Assembly (NCBI GenBank): GCA_041659325.1
Contig: JBAZYN010000002.1
Coordinates: 513 to 64,512 of the forward strand
Reading direction: 5' to 3'
Source: Candidatus Shapirobacteria bacterium
Lineage (GTDB): Bacteria > Patescibacteriota > Microgenomatia > UBA12405
Length of the DNA: 64,000 nt
Positions 26,576 through 36,343 of the stretch are shown piece by piece. The notes under the pieces are model-generated. The model was given only the letters and a program-made list of their open reading frames with translations, did not search any database and had not been told where the DNA came from. Each line of letters begins with the position of its first letter. Positions within the stretch are counted from its first letter, which is position 1. The translations under genes and the position numbers were made by a program.

Positions 26576-28602
26576 TGGGGCGAAAGAAAAGGGTGGAAGG
26601 GATAAAACGATTTTTAATTTTAGCCGGTCGGCCATTGGTAAGGACGGTGAAACGAATTTCGTGGGGTTATTTTATGGGAACAATATTGATGGTGGCGATG
26701 ACGGTGGGAATGGTGTGGCTTTATAAACAATTTTTGGTTGATTTGCCAAATATTAACGAAATTTATAATCCTCCAAGATTGTCAACAAGAATATTGGACC
26801 GGAGGGGGAAACTGCTATATAAATTTTACGACGAGGAAAACCGAAGCTGGACTTCAATAGACAGAATCCCAGAGTCACTGATAAATGCAACTATTGCAAT
26901 AGAAGATAAAGAGTTTTACCAACATCATGGAATATCGATAAAAGGGATAATTCAGGCAGTCTTATATAACTTCAGAAAAAACGGCCAACAGGGGCCGAGA
27001 GGCGGGTCAACCATTACACAGCAGTTGGTAAAAAATGTTTATTTCACCCGGGAAAAAACCTGGCAAAGAAAAATAAAAGAGGCAATTTTGGCGGTGGTGT
27101 TGGAAACAAAATTAACTAAAAAGGAAATATTGGAAAGGTATTTTAATCAGGTTGCTTATGGCGGAGAAACGTATGGGGCACAGGAAGCGGCAATTAAATA
27201 TTTTGGCAAAAATGTATGGGAAATAACGGCGGCTGAGTCAACCTTTTTGGCCGGTTTGCCGGCAGCGCCAAGCTCCTACTCCCCTTTCGGCAGCAGCCCG
27301 GAATATGCCCACATCAGACAACTACAAGTAATCGACCAGATGGTGAATGCCGGCTATATTGACGAGAGGCGGGCTCTTCAGCTAAAAAACGAGAAGATTG
27401 TAATTGCTGAAGAAAACAGAATAATCAGAGCACCTCATTTTGTGTTTTATGTAAAAGATATTTTGGAAAAAAAATATGGATTTGTAAATTTTGGCCGGTT
27501 GGGGCTGACGGTTACTACGAGCCTTGATAGCGATATTCAAACGATGGCCGAAGAAAAAGTGAAAAGCGAAACGGAAAAGGTGAAAAGGCTTCGAATTAGT
27601 AACGGGGCGGCAGTGGTAATTGACGTTAAGACAGGTGAGATATTGGCTATGGTTGGGTCTAAAGACTATTATTCAAAGGAGATTGACGGTAAATATAATG
27701 TGACGACAGCGCTGAGGCAACCGGGGTCGTCGATAAAACCGATAAATTATCTTCTGGCGTTAAAAAACGGAATGACTCTAATGTCGACAATTGAGGACAG
27801 CCCGATTACCTATTATGTGAAAGGGCAAAAACCGTATAGTCCGAATAATTATAATGGTAAATATATGGGACAGGTGACACTAAGAACTGCTCTGGCGAAT
27901 TCCCTAAACGTGCCCTCGGTAAAGTTACTGGAAAAAAACGGAGTGAATAATATGATTGATCTGGCTGAAAGCATGGGGATTACCACATGGACAGACAGAT
28001 CGAGATTTGGACTGGCCCTGGCGCTGGGTGGCGCAGAGGTGAGAATGACAGAACTGGCTCAAGCTTATTCAGTTTTTGCCAATATGGGTAAAAAGATAGA
28101 TTTAAGTCCGGTATTAAGAATTAACAACTATCTGGGGGAAACAATTTTTGAAAAGAGGCAGGAAAGTGATGAAATATTTGAGCCCAGATATGCTTTTTTG
28201 ATAAATAATGTGTTGTCGGATAATCAGGCCAGAACTACGATCTTCGGGCCAAATTCACTGCTAAGAATTGAGGGGAAAAATGTGGCAGTAAAAACCGGAA
28301 CGACTAACAATCTTAAGGATAATTGGTGTATCGGTTGGACACCGAGTTACCTGGTGGCGGCATGGGTGGGAAACAACGACAGCTCGCCCATGAGCTGGGT
28401 GGCGTCGGGAATTTCCGGGGCGACGCCGATTTGGAATCAAATAATGAAGGAAATGCTTGCGCAAAAAACAGATGAAAGTTGGGAGGTGCCATATGATGTG
28501 ATAAAAGTTAATGTCTGCGGGAGGGAGGAATATTTTTCGGTGGGGACTGAAAAAGATGTAAAATGCTCACTACATATAACGCCCACACCTGCTCAAAAAT
28601 AA
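26575..28602 (+). CDS. class A penicillin-binding protein, second paralog
   Basis: IEDKEFYQHHGI, GGSTITQQLVKN, ILAMVGSKDY, SIKP. Same order of blocks as the upstream paralog. Confidence 0.9.
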   Translation: MGRKKRVEGIKRFLILAGRPLVRTVKRISWGYFMGTILMVAMTVGMVWLYKQFLVDLPNINEIYNPPRLSTRILDRRGKLLYKFYDEENRSWTSIDRIPESLINATIAIEDKEFYQHHGISIKGIIQAVLYNFRKNGQQGPRGGSTITQQLVKNVYFTREKTWQRKIKEAILAVVLETKLTKKEILERYFNQVAYGGETYGAQEAAIKYFGKNVWEITAAESTFLAGLPAAPSSYSPFGSSPEYAHIRQLQVIDQMVNAGYIDERRALQLKNEKIVIAEENRIIRAPHFVFYVKDILEKKYGFVNFGRLGLTVTTSLDSDIQTMAEEKVKSETEKVKRLRISNGAAVVIDVKTGEILAMVGSKDYYSKEIDGKYNVTTALRQPGSSIKPINYLLALKNGMTLMSTIEDSPITYYVKGQKPYSPNNYNGKYMGQVTLRTALANSLNVPSVKLLEKNGVNNMIDLAESMGITTWTDRSRFGLALALGGAEVRMTELAQAYSVFANMGKKIDLSPVLRINNYLGETIFEKRQESDEIFEPRYAFLINNVLSDNQARTTIFGPNSLLRIEGKNVAVKTGTTNNLKDNWCIGWTPSYLVAAWVGNNDSSPMSWVASGISGATPIWNQIMKEMLAQKTDESWEVPYDVIKVNVCGREEYFSVGTEKDVKCSLHITPTPAQK

Positions 28603-28611
28603 GGGAAGGGC

Positions 28612-29262
28612 CTAAATTTTGATGACACTCCAATAGATTTTTTCCACGAGAAGCGGAATAAGCGACTTAGATTTTTCGAGATTGGTGCCACCGGAGGTTT
28701 TGATAACAATAAAGATTTGTTTTCCGGGAACGGTGACGATTGATTGATATTCAAAATAATTATCTTTGGCAATTTGGTTTTCTTTGATTTGGGCACCTTC
28801 AGGGAGATTGTTTTTTGCCAGACTATCGACGGCATTTTCTTTTTTTAAGAGCTGAGAAACTGTATTAACAGGATTGCTCTCGAGAAACATTTGATCACGG
28901 TTTCTTGACCAGGAAAATGATTGGCTAGTGGCCGGGAGAGTTTCCACATAAAAGGACCAAAGGCTGTCATTGTCTTGAATCAGAGGATTGATACTGGCAT
29001 CCAAGTCAACTCGGTTGGAGGAGTTAATTTTTAGATCCGGTAGGTCTAAATTTATTTTAATTTTTTGATATTTTTTTTCGCTAATGATTCGATTTATGGT
29101 TCGATAGGCAGCAAAAATGGTGCTCAGGCCAATACAAAGAAAAAGAGCAATCATCAGAGTAGTTTTTTTCTTTTTGGCCTTGGCAGCACTTTCAAGCGGC
29201 TCAACCAAACTGAGCTGTTGACTGGGAAATATTTTTTTTGTTTTGTCTAATTTGGAGCTCAT
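28612..29262 (-). CDS. hypothetical membrane-anchored protein
   Basis: Lys-rich N-terminus, single TM, Asn/Ser-rich ectodomain. Confidence 0.4.
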   Translation of the reverse strand: MSSKLDKTKKIFPSQQLSLVEPLESAAKAKKKKTTLMIALFLCIGLSTIFAAYRTINRIISEKKYQKIKINLDLPDLKINSSNRVDLDASINPLIQDNDSLWSFYVETLPATSQSFSWSRNRDQMFLESNPVNTVSQLLKKENAVDSLAKNNLPEGAQIKENQIAKDNYFEYQSIVTVPGKQIFIVIKTSGGTNLEKSKSLIPLLVEKIYWSVIKI

Positions 29263-29265
29263 AGA

Positions 29266-30183
29266 CTACTTGATTTGCTTTAGAGTTAACAGAGCGGTTT
29301 TTGCTCCCATGGCGGAAACAACAGAGGCTGAGTTTTTTATACCCCAGGACAGGGCTTCCCCGGGATCTTTTCCGTAAATCAGAGCCGCTACAAAAGCCGA
29401 ACCAAAGGAATCTCCGGCCCCGGTTTCATCGACCGGTTTGATATTGATAATGGGTGAAAAAAGATGCTGACCACAGGTGAAAACGTGAGCGCCCTGCCGG
29501 CCATTGGTTACCGCAGTAATAAGTGATTTAAGGGCGGCAACCTTTGACCAGAAACCAGAATCATCGTTTTGGGAATCCATTAGATTTTCGGATTCTGTTT
29601 TGTTGAGAAGGAAAAAGTCGATATATTTTAGGAGCGGAATTATTTGTCTTTTTTTTGATAGTTCCCTATTGCCGGGATTCAAGGCTACTTTGATTTTGTG
29701 ATCAAAGGCAAAACCAATTAATTTTTCTAAAAGATCAAGGTTGCCTTCGAGGGAAGCGATATAAAACCACTTGGTTTTTTCAATTTTTGACCAAGCAAGA
29801 TGTTTTTCTTCGAGTCGATTTTTACCGCGATAGGTCATAATCGAGCGACTACCATCGTGAGCAACCAGAATTACAGAAAAATCGGTAAGCTCATCGGGGG
29901 GACGGCTCAGAAGGGAAGTATCCACTTTTTCTGTGGCAAAATCTGACATAACATAACGACTAAGGGTGTCGCTGCCGAGAAGCGAAACGCAGGCAGTTTT
30001 CAGACCGAGACGGGAAAAAGCAACCGAAGAATTACTGCCCCCACCACCCGAACAAATTAAACTCTGAGAAATTTCATTTTTGGAAGAAACAGGCAGACCT
30101 AAAATCCCGTTTTTTTGAACTAATTGTTCAGATTTGACAAGAATATCGACAGTTGAGGCACCAAAAGATATAATATCGTACAT
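29266..30183 (-). CDS. PfkB-family carbohydrate kinase (ribokinase-like)
   Basis: SGGGGSNSSVAFSRLG and DETGAGDSFGSAFV motifs. Confidence 0.8.
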   Translation of the reverse strand: MYDIISFGASTVDILVKSEQLVQKNGILGLPVSSKNEISQSLICSGGGGSNSSVAFSRLGLKTACVSLLGSDTLSRYVMSDFATEKVDTSLLSRPPDELTDFSVILVAHDGSRSIMTYRGKNRLEEKHLAWSKIEKTKWFYIASLEGNLDLLEKLIGFAFDHKIKVALNPGNRELSKKRQIIPLLKYIDFFLLNKTESENLMDSQNDDSGFWSKVAALKSLITAVTNGRQGAHVFTCGQHLFSPIINIKPVDETGAGDSFGSAFVAALIYGKDPGEALSWGIKNSASVVSAMGAKTALLTLKQIK

Positions 30184-30222
30184 AAACTATGTTAGACCGT
30201 TTATTGGGTTAAAACAAGAAAG

Positions 30223-31623
30223 ATGGGTAGTGAAAGCGGTGGAGGGTGGAGACCAGTAGTAGCGGGAATGCTAGTCATCGCGGCAGCTACACTGGGGACG
30301 GGGCTCAATGGAAATAACGAGAATGGGGTTCAAGCAAAAAATAAGGTGACTGAAGTGTCTCCAAGCAAAACACTAAAACCCACGTATACCGCGATACCGA
30401 CAGCTACTCCGACGGTGACTTCGACCCCGACACAGACGCCTGAACCAGTACCGTCTGCAAAACCAACGGAGGTATTTCAAAGCACCATTGAAATGGGGGG
30501 AATAACGATGTTTTACGGTTCGAGCGGGTCAATTGCCTATCAAATCGGGGACGAGCCAAAAATGTTTATTGACAAACAAGAGATTGTAAAAGCACGAAAC
30601 GTGGCAAGAAAAGAACACGAATACCAAGTTATCGCATTAATTGAGGCTCCGGAGCCGGGGCCGGATACATATAAACCAAGTGAAGACAGACCACTGTTCA
30701 ACGAATTACCGCCTGATGTGGTCAGTCCGGAAGATTTAGAAAGAAGAGGGATAAAAGTAATAAATGGGGCAGTTGAGCTACATATAAGAGAAATGGCTTT
30801 TGACGCCGACGGCCCGTTGGCGGAATATCAACCGGGTGGCCAAAAAAAACTTATTGTGGCAATGGTTGATGAACCGACTTTTTCGCCAGATTCTTTAAAT
30901 GACCAACGTTATGAGGAAATCCGGGAACTAGCGGGACCGGCTTATAAAAGCATAGGAGGTGAAGAATCAGCCGGGATAGAAGAATACAGACAGCAGGAAC
31001 TAACAGCCATGGAATTTCAACTGTCACAGGCAAGAGGAGAGAAGATGGATGATACAACACTCCAAAGTATAAAAGTAAGCCAGAGGTTTCTTCAGGACGC
31101 AAGCGAGGGCCAGCTAAGGGAGTGGATGAGTAAAGAAACGAACTTCGGAGGTGTCATGGTTCCGGCTTCAATGGTCGAAGAAATTATTGGGCTAAAAAAC
31201 ACTGATGTTATCGTAATCTGTACCGGAAAAAGCAGGATTGGGAACTATTGGGCAGTCGGAGTAGACGGTCGTGGAAAATATAGTACTCAGTTGGTACCAT
31301 TGGGGGCCCGGCGCAATGTAAATGGACGCCCTAAGATAAGTCAATCCAGACCGAGAGCGAGTGATTTTAGTATCTCCGACGAGGGCACAGGGAAGACATA
31401 TGCAACAGACGACAGAACTCTGCCTTTAAATTTATGGCATGAACTTGTACATCTCTTAAAACCGGGTATCGGGGAAAGAGCCACAGATGTGGAGGCAATT
31501 AACCATTGGATCCAGGAATATTTTGAACGCGGGGAATCTCCATTTTTATTTTCAGTACCTGATAGGGGCGGTTATATTCAGGCTAAGAATGAGAAAGGGA
31601 AAGCTGCACAATTCTTTGCTTGA
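30223..31623 (+). CDS. hypothetical secreted/anchored protein with Thr/Pro-rich linker and HExxH motif
   Basis: N-terminal hydrophobic segment, TPT-rich linker, C-terminal WHELVHLL. GC-rich relative to neighbours. Confidence 0.4.
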   Translation: MGSESGGGWRPVVAGMLVIAAATLGTGLNGNNENGVQAKNKVTEVSPSKTLKPTYTAIPTATPTVTSTPTQTPEPVPSAKPTEVFQSTIEMGGITMFYGSSGSIAYQIGDEPKMFIDKQEIVKARNVARKEHEYQVIALIEAPEPGPDTYKPSEDRPLFNELPPDVVSPEDLERRGIKVINGAVELHIREMAFDADGPLAEYQPGGQKKLIVAMVDEPTFSPDSLNDQRYEEIRELAGPAYKSIGGEESAGIEEYRQQELTAMEFQLSQARGEKMDDTTLQSIKVSQRFLQDASEGQLREWMSKETNFGGVMVPASMVEEIIGLKNTDVIVICTGKSRIGNYWAVGVDGRGKYSTQLVPLGARRNVNGRPKISQSRPRASDFSISDEGTGKTYATDDRTLPLNLWHELVHLLKPGIGERATDVEAINHWIQEYFERGESPFLFSVPDRGGYIQAKNEKGKAAQFFA

Positions 31624-32422
31624 CAATTTCTTTCACTTCGTCGATGGCGGGGGCAAGGTATTCGTAGATTTTTTCTGAATTTATCGCCGATAAGCTGTGG
31701 CGAAGGGAGGAGAGATATTTCAAACGAAGATCGGTGTTGATATTGATCTTGACAATCCCCGTTTGAATGGCCCGATCGATTTGCTCGGGGCTGATACCTG
31801 AACCACCGTGGAGGGTAAGAAAATTTTCGGGAATGGATGCAGCTATTTGGGAAAGAAGATCAAGGTCAATATTTTCGGGATAGGTAGTGTTGACACCATG
31901 GAGATTGCCAATGGATACAGCCAAAAGATCGGCGCCAGTGGCAGACATAAATTCGGAAGCTTGGAGGGGTTTGGTGAAACTTTCTGCGGAAAATCCGTTT
32001 TCGATCAGATTAATTTTGTTAAATTCGACTTCTATAAGAGAATCGGGGTTTGAATGGCGTATTTCGGAGATAAAATTTTTGGAAATTTCTAAATTTTCCT
32101 GATAACTGAAGGCAGAACCATCAAAATGGACCATGTCAAAACCAAGAGTGAGCAACCGTTTAAGGCGGGAAATATCTTTTCCATGATCCATGTTGAGAAA
32201 AATCGGCAGACCTTCAATTCTGGCTTTTTTAACCAACATCAATAATCTTTCTGCTCGGACGAAAATATCTTCGCCAGTTGATAGTTGAACAATGCAGGGT
32301 AAGTTTGTCTCGGAGACAGCACTTTCGACGGCCTGATAGATTTCAAAACAGTCTATGTTGAAGGCAGGCAGAGAAAGATGGTTTGATTTATATTGATCAA
32401 AATATTGGCGAAGGGTGTTCAT
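31583..32422 (-). CDS. fba: class II fructose-bisphosphate aldolase family protein
   Basis: PIFLNMDHGKD and LTLHGGSGISPEQ motifs. Confidence 0.8.
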   Translation of the reverse strand: MNTLRQYFDQYKSNHLSLPAFNIDCFEIYQAVESAVSETNLPCIVQLSTGEDIFVRAERLLMLVKKARIEGLPIFLNMDHGKDISRLKRLLTLGFDMVHFDGSAFSYQENLEISKNFISEIRHSNPDSLIEVEFNKINLIENGFSAESFTKPLQASEFMSATGADLLAVSIGNLHGVNTTYPENIDLDLLSQIAASIPENFLTLHGGSGISPEQIDRAIQTGIVKININTDLRLKYLSSLRHSLSAINSEKIYEYLAPAIDEVKEIVKQRIVQLSLSHS

Positions 32423-33345
32423 CTAGATGACATGATAACATTTACGGCTTCGCGTAAATAATCGACACCGATACCATAGTGTTTATAAAGTTCCCGAAAG
32501 TCTTTGGCTGATTGGCCAAAACGGTTGTCGACGGCAAGATGAATAAATTTCGGGGAGAGACCGGCAGATAGTACCAGGGAAGCGACAGCTTCCCCCAATC
32601 CGCCATTTTTTTGATGGTCTTCGAGAACGATCAGGCGGCCGGTTTTTTCAACACTTTTTAAAATGGTCTCGGAATCTAGCGGTTTTATAGAAGAGCAATT
32701 TATAATTTCAACACTGGTGGAGCCAATGTTGAAAGCCTGAATCAGGGTTGGGCCATAACCCAAAACCGTGACACTGTGCCCTCTTTTTAAAACATAAGAT
32801 TTTCCGATGGTAAAGCTGTTTTTGGGATTATAAATTGAGGGAGTGTGAGGGCGGATCAGGCGAAGATATGAAGGCAGGGGGCTTCGGGCAATTACGGAGA
32901 CTATTTTTTCGGTTTCAATGGCGTCAAGCGGAGCAAAAACCTGCATATTTGGTAAGGAGCGCATAAGGGCGACGTCTTCGAGCATCTGATGGGTGGCGCC
33001 AAGGTCGGTACTGAAAAGACCGGAGTGAGAACCAACGATAGTGACATTGGCATGGTTATAACAGATGGATTGCTTAATGGTATTCCAGTTTATGGATGGG
33101 GAAAAACAGGAAAATGAAGTAAGAAAAACTTTTTTGCCGGTTTTGGCTAAGCCGGCGGCAACGCCGGCGGCATTGGCTTCGGCGACACCACACTCAATGA
33201 AGCGGGAAGGGAATAATTTGGCGAACTTATTTAAAGAAAGCGATGATTTTAAGTCGGCATTGACGACATAAATACTTCTATCATGCCTGGCAAGTTTGGT
33301 AAGAGTTTCTCCAAAAGCCTGGCGGATGGATAGGTCTTTAACCAT
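32419..33345 (-). CDS. transketolase, C-terminal (pyrimidine-binding) subunit
   Basis: Internal ATG at 33345 gives MVKDLSIRQAFGETL, ECGVAEANAAGVAAGLA. The track's TTG start at 33462 adds an implausible poly-Thr extension. Overlaps the upstream subunit by 8 nt. Confidence 0.85.
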   Translation of the reverse strand: MVKDLSIRQAFGETLTKLARHDRSIYVVNADLKSSLSLNKFAKLFPSRFIECGVAEANAAGVAAGLAKTGKKVFLTSFSCFSPSINWNTIKQSICYNHANVTIVGSHSGLFSTDLGATHQMLEDVALMRSLPNMQVFAPLDAIETEKIVSVIARSPLPSYLRLIRPHTPSIYNPKNSFTIGKSYVLKRGHSVTVLGYGPTLIQAFNIGSTSVEIINCSSIKPLDSETILKSVEKTGRLIVLEDHQKNGGLGEAVASLVLSAGLSPKFIHLAVDNRFGQSAKDFRELYKHYGIGVDYLREAVNVIMSSR

Positions 33346-34132
33346 GGTTGTCGATTTCTTTTCTGGCCCTTTGATGTAGATTTTCGGGCAAATTTTTAAT
33401 GTCGTGGTAGTGGTAGTCGTGCTGCATGAAAGAAACGCCCTTGCCAATAATGGTTTTGGCAATTATACAATTGGGAAAATCGGAGTCTTGGGCGTCCTTT
33501 ATGGCCTTGGTAATTTTTTTAAAATCGTGACCATCGACAGTGGTAACAGTCCAGCCGAATTGAACATACTTGCCGGCAAGATTACCCAGGGGCATTATGT
33601 CGTCGGTAGCCCCATCGATTTGATAGTGGTTGTAGTCGACAATATTTATCAGGTTGCCGAGATGATATTTGCTGGCAAACATGGCGGCTTCCCAGGTTTG
33701 CCCTTCCTGGTGCTCCCCATCGGAGGTGAGACATATGGTGGTATTCTTTTTATCGCCAAGTGCCAGTCCACAGGAAAACGACAGTCCCTGGCCCAGGGAG
33801 CCGGCGGAATATTCAACTCCGGGAACATCGGTGGAAACATGCCCCTGGAGAATGGAGCCAAAGGAAGAATAGGAAGAAAGAAGCTCTCTGGAAAAAAGCC
33901 CTAATTTCGCCAGGACTACATACAAGGCCGGGCAAAGATGGCCGGCAGACAGGACAAAATGATCTTTTTTGTGGTTAAAAACATCGGAAAAATAGACAGC
34001 AATCATTAGGTCCAGAGAAGAAAGCGAACCTCCGATATGGCCTCCACCTGATTGGTAAATCATATCCAGCAGATCAAGACGAAGTTCACGGCTGATTGTC
34101 TTTAGGTTGTTAACCCGGGGGGCAAGAAGCAT
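33338..34132 (-). CDS. transketolase, N-terminal (TPP-binding) subunit
   Basis: GGHIGGSLSSLDLM, GSLGQGLSFSCGLAL, DGEHQEGQTWEA. Confidence 0.85.
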   Translation of the reverse strand: MLLAPRVNNLKTISRELRLDLLDMIYQSGGGHIGGSLSSLDLMIAVYFSDVFNHKKDHFVLSAGHLCPALYVVLAKLGLFSRELLSSYSSFGSILQGHVSTDVPGVEYSAGSLGQGLSFSCGLALGDKKNTTICLTSDGEHQEGQTWEAAMFASKYHLGNLINIVDYNHYQIDGATDDIMPLGNLAGKYVQFGWTVTTVDGHDFKKITKAIKDAQDSDFPNCIIAKTIIGKGVSFMQHDYHYHDIKNLPENLHQRARKEIDNHG

Positions 34133-34193
34133 AAAATAGTATAGGTGGTTTTGGTGTTAAAATAAAGGGAAAATTGTGATAAATTAGAGGGCA

Positions 34194-34694
34194 GTGGACA
34201 TTTTTTATAACAAATACTATCAAAGCGTCCGGGGCTTTGTGGCAAAAAGGATTGATGATGAAGGGTTGGCTGAGGAGCTGACAAACGACATATTGATGGC
34301 AGCGATTAAGTCGCTACCTAATTACGACAATAAGTGCTCTGAATTCAGTTGGATTTGCAGTATTGCCAAGCATAAAATAATTGACTATTACCGAAAGAAA
34401 AAAATAAAGACGGTGCTGTTTTCGGTTTCGGAAGTGTTTGAAGATGTGGCCGATAAAGCCCTCAGCCCGGAGCGAGAAAGTATAGAGGCCGAGCTAAAGG
34501 GTGAAATTAAAAAAACACTAAGGGAGCTAAAAGCAGGATACGGCAGCCTTTTACGACTAAAGTATGTAGACGGAATGAAGATCAGACAAATCGCCGGTAT
34601 TTTGAAATTGAGTGTAAAAGCGGTTGAATCCCGGCTAATAAGGGCCAAAAAACAGTTCCGTCTGGCGTGGAACTATGATCAAAAAAAGAGTTGA
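34194..34694 (+). CDS. ECF-type RNA polymerase sigma factor (sigma-70 family, regions 2 and 4)
   Basis: Region 2 FSWICSIAKHKIIDYYRKKK; region 4 MKIRQIAGILKLSVKAVESRLIRAKKQFR. Confidence 0.8.
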   Translation: MDIFYNKYYQSVRGFVAKRIDDEGLAEELTNDILMAAIKSLPNYDNKCSEFSWICSIAKHKIIDYYRKKKIKTVLFSVSEVFEDVADKALSPERESIEAELKGEIKKTLRELKAGYGSLLRLKYVDGMKIRQIAGILKLSVKAVESRLIRAKKQFRLAWNYDQKKS

Positions 34695-35031
34695 AAAAAT
34701 TGCTAAGTTGTCAATTTTGGTCGGGGCCAAACAGGCGTGGAAATTGCTTTGTAACTTATATCTTTTGAGCTACCAGCCATTTTTGACCCTGAGAACCATT
34801 AAGGAAAGTGATGATAAGCTGCAATTAATATTGCTACTTTTGGCAGTTGTTTCCCCGGCGGTTTTTTATGTTACAACCCGAGTGGTTTGGGATAACTATA
34901 AATACGGGCGGGTATTAAATTCGGTGGGGCAGGTGTTTTTGGTGGTTTTCGTTGTGGAGGTTTTGATATTTTCGTATCTTTTGTATTGGTCGATTAAAGT
35001 AATCAGGAGTTGTCCGAAAAAAACAAATTAA
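34675..35031 (+). CDS. membrane protein, possible anti-sigma factor
   Basis: Overlaps the sigma-gene stop; three hydrophobic helices. Assigned by position only. Confidence 0.35.
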   Translation: MIKKRVEKIAKLSILVGAKQAWKLLCNLYLLSYQPFLTLRTIKESDDKLQLILLLLAVVSPAVFYVTTRVVWDNYKYGRVLNSVGQVFLVVFVVEVLIFSYLLYWSIKVIRSCPKKTN

Positions 35032-35109
35032 TGGAATTAGTTGACAAAATGGTTGATTTGAAATATTATTCGGGTGTCGTTTCGTGTTATTGATTTAAGG
35101 AGATTTTTT

Positions 35110-35652
35110 ATGGGAAGAGAGCATGGTCCAGTTAGAATTGTGGTATTGAGTCGAAAAGAAAGAGAGGTGGTAAGCGATCCGAGGTGGAGAGATAGATTTG
35201 GAAGGTTGAACCAACTCTTGGGTGAATTGGGGCCGGAGGCAAATACGGTTGTTGATGATTCTTTGGCAATGGTTGACCTACGGCTTGAGACTGAAGGACT
35301 TAATGCTTTAGAATTAAACGCCGAAAGGAGAGCGAGAGGACAGGAGTTATTAAAATTGAGAAGGGAAAGGGCGACTGGTATTGTCAGGGCCGCAACAACA
35401 TTGAATCCTAACGTGACTATGGCACGTGGCTTGGAGTTATTTGATGATGATAAAGATTCTGTTGGTGATTATGAGGTCGCCTCATTGGTTGAAAGAGCGT
35501 TTCTAGAGGCGGCTGATAGAGGTACACCAATGATAAATTCGAATGTAATCAAGGCCTGGGCTAATATTTTGAGGATGGGGTACGATATGCAATCCAGTAT
35601 TGATCCCTCTAGGATAACTACCGTGATGAGATCGGCGATAGTTAGACGTTGA
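35110..35652 (+). CDS. hypothetical protein (GC-rich, first gene of accessory cassette)
   Basis: ATG at 35110 preceded by an AAGGAG Shine-Dalgarno (the track starts at GTG 35074). No recognisable motif. Confidence 0.4.
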   Translation: MGREHGPVRIVVLSRKEREVVSDPRWRDRFGRLNQLLGELGPEANTVVDDSLAMVDLRLETEGLNALELNAERRARGQELLKLRRERATGIVRAATTLNPNVTMARGLELFDDDKDSVGDYEVASLVERAFLEAADRGTPMINSNVIKAWANILRMGYDMQSSIDPSRITTVMRSAIVRR

Positions 35653-35729
35653 GGATATGAAAATTAACCAAATTGACAGTTGAGGTTGCAATTTGGGATG
35701 AAAGACAGAAAAACGTATATAATGGGCGG

Positions 35730-36341
35730 ATGAGGAAAATAATCGTAGTATCGGGTTTGGGAGACAGCAAACGCGAGCTTGGCCTTGGGTCGGCCTGGTG
35801 GAAAAATGAGGGATTAAGGCCGTTTATATTTCTACCAAATTGGGGAAACGGTAAAGGAGTAAAGCCAAAGCTCGTCAGATTATTAAAAATGATTGATAAA
35901 GAAAGTGGAAAAGAGACAATTTTTTTGATGGGAATCAGCGCCGGAGCTAGCTTGGCGATGAATGCTTTTTTACAAAGGCTTGATCGGGTAGAAAAAATGG
36001 TGAGTCTGTGCGGCAGATTAAGGTTTGGGTATTCCCCGGATAAAATCAGGAGAAAAATGCAAAAAGAGACATTGGCCTATCGGGCGTTTAGGGAATCGGT
36101 AAAATTGCTGGAATCCAATGTCAAAAACCTGGAAAAAAAAGATAGAAAAAGAGTCCTGACGGTTAGCGCCAAATTCGGCGATGAGCTAATTCCGATCGAA
36201 ACGTCACGGTTGGAGGGGGCAAAAAACATTTTGATACCGACGGCGGAGCATATTTTGTCAATTTTTGGCGGAATGACGGTCCATTTTAAACCGATAAGAG
36301 AGTTTTTGCTGGGAAAACAGGGTGGGAGTAAAATATACTAG
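35730..36341 (+). CDS. small alpha/beta-hydrolase (paralog A; RBBP9/YdeN-like serine hydrolase fold)
   Basis: Nucleophile elbow GISAGAS and later D (GDELIP) and H (TAEHIL). Clear paralog of 42674..43351 and 62304..62870. The track starts at TTG 35673. Confidence 0.6.
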   Translation: MRKIIVVSGLGDSKRELGLGSAWWKNEGLRPFIFLPNWGNGKGVKPKLVRLLKMIDKESGKETIFLMGISAGASLAMNAFLQRLDRVEKMVSLCGRLRFGYSPDKIRRKMQKETLAYRAFRESVKLLESNVKNLEKKDRKRVLTVSAKFGDELIPIETSRLEGAKNILIPTAEHILSIFGGMTVHFKPIREFLLGKQGGSKIY

Positions 36342-36343
36342 TG

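Noticed and set aside
33346-33462. N-terminal extension of the transketolase C-subunit ORF including a poly-Thr run
   Set aside because: The track start is TTG. The extension overlaps the upstream subunit's 3' end and has no homology. The ATG at 33345 yields a canonical N-terminus.
33404-33978. Cluster of overlapping plus-strand ORFs (33404..33904, 33669..33872, 33760..33978) and a minus-strand ORF 33649..33861 inside the transketolase genes
   Set aside because: They lie antisense or out of frame within a strongly supported tkt coding region and carry no motifs. Treated as spurious frames in GC-richer coding sequence.
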